This document shows positions 63,844 to 64,000 of a stretch of DNA of 64,000 bases, one piece after another; the first letter of the stretch is position 1, and the number at the start of each line of letters is the position of its first letter. Below the pieces are notes generated by a model. The model was not told the origin of the DNA. It did no database searches and saw only the letters and a program-made list of their open reading frames with translations. The stretch comes from Phoronis australis (taxonomy: Eukaryota; Animalia; Phoronida), in NCBI GenBank assembly GCA_002633005.1, contig NMRA01000068.1, positions 18,526 through 82,525 of the forward strand, given 5' to 3'. Position numbers and translations under genes: made by a program.

Positions 63844-64000
63844 CTGAAATGAGAGAGTCAATGTGGTATGGGCACTTATTCAGCACAGCCTGAAATGAAA
63901 TAAAAATGCCCATGTGCATCTGCAGCTTGGTATTAAACATTTTGATAATTAGAGCTCAAATTTGTTGAAAAATCCAGCACCCAAGGTCCACACAAGACTG

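Overview
AT-rich, repeat-rich, intron-containing animal genomic DNA, most likely a marine invertebrate (inferred); it is not prokaryotic. Most ORFs in the supplied track are spurious. By splicing GT-AG exons by hand I find three tandem + strand paralogues (about 0.4-7.0 kb, 9.7-29.0 kb and 45.1-58.8 kb) of a ~340-aa cysteine-rich EB/EGF-like protein. The family architecture is a signal peptide (complete only in copy 2), five symmetric phase-1 module exons with 34 conserved cysteines (7/10/6/7/4) and a GPI-anchor-like tail. On the - strand at 60.3-63.8 kb lie six internal exons of TCF25 (Nulp1). I could not find its 3' exons, so the cluster may be nested in a TCF25 intron. Between exons there are: three deletion derivatives of one TA-target MITE, a decayed Sola3-like DDD transposon, an L1/Tx1-like LINE fragment split by an AT-TSD THAP-bearing element, a TTAA-TSD Kolobok-like insertion, tRNA-derived SINE heads, several minisatellites, an exon-less diverged duplicate of the copy-3 upstream region, and a 685-N gap. 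All alignments were made by eye; no searches were run.
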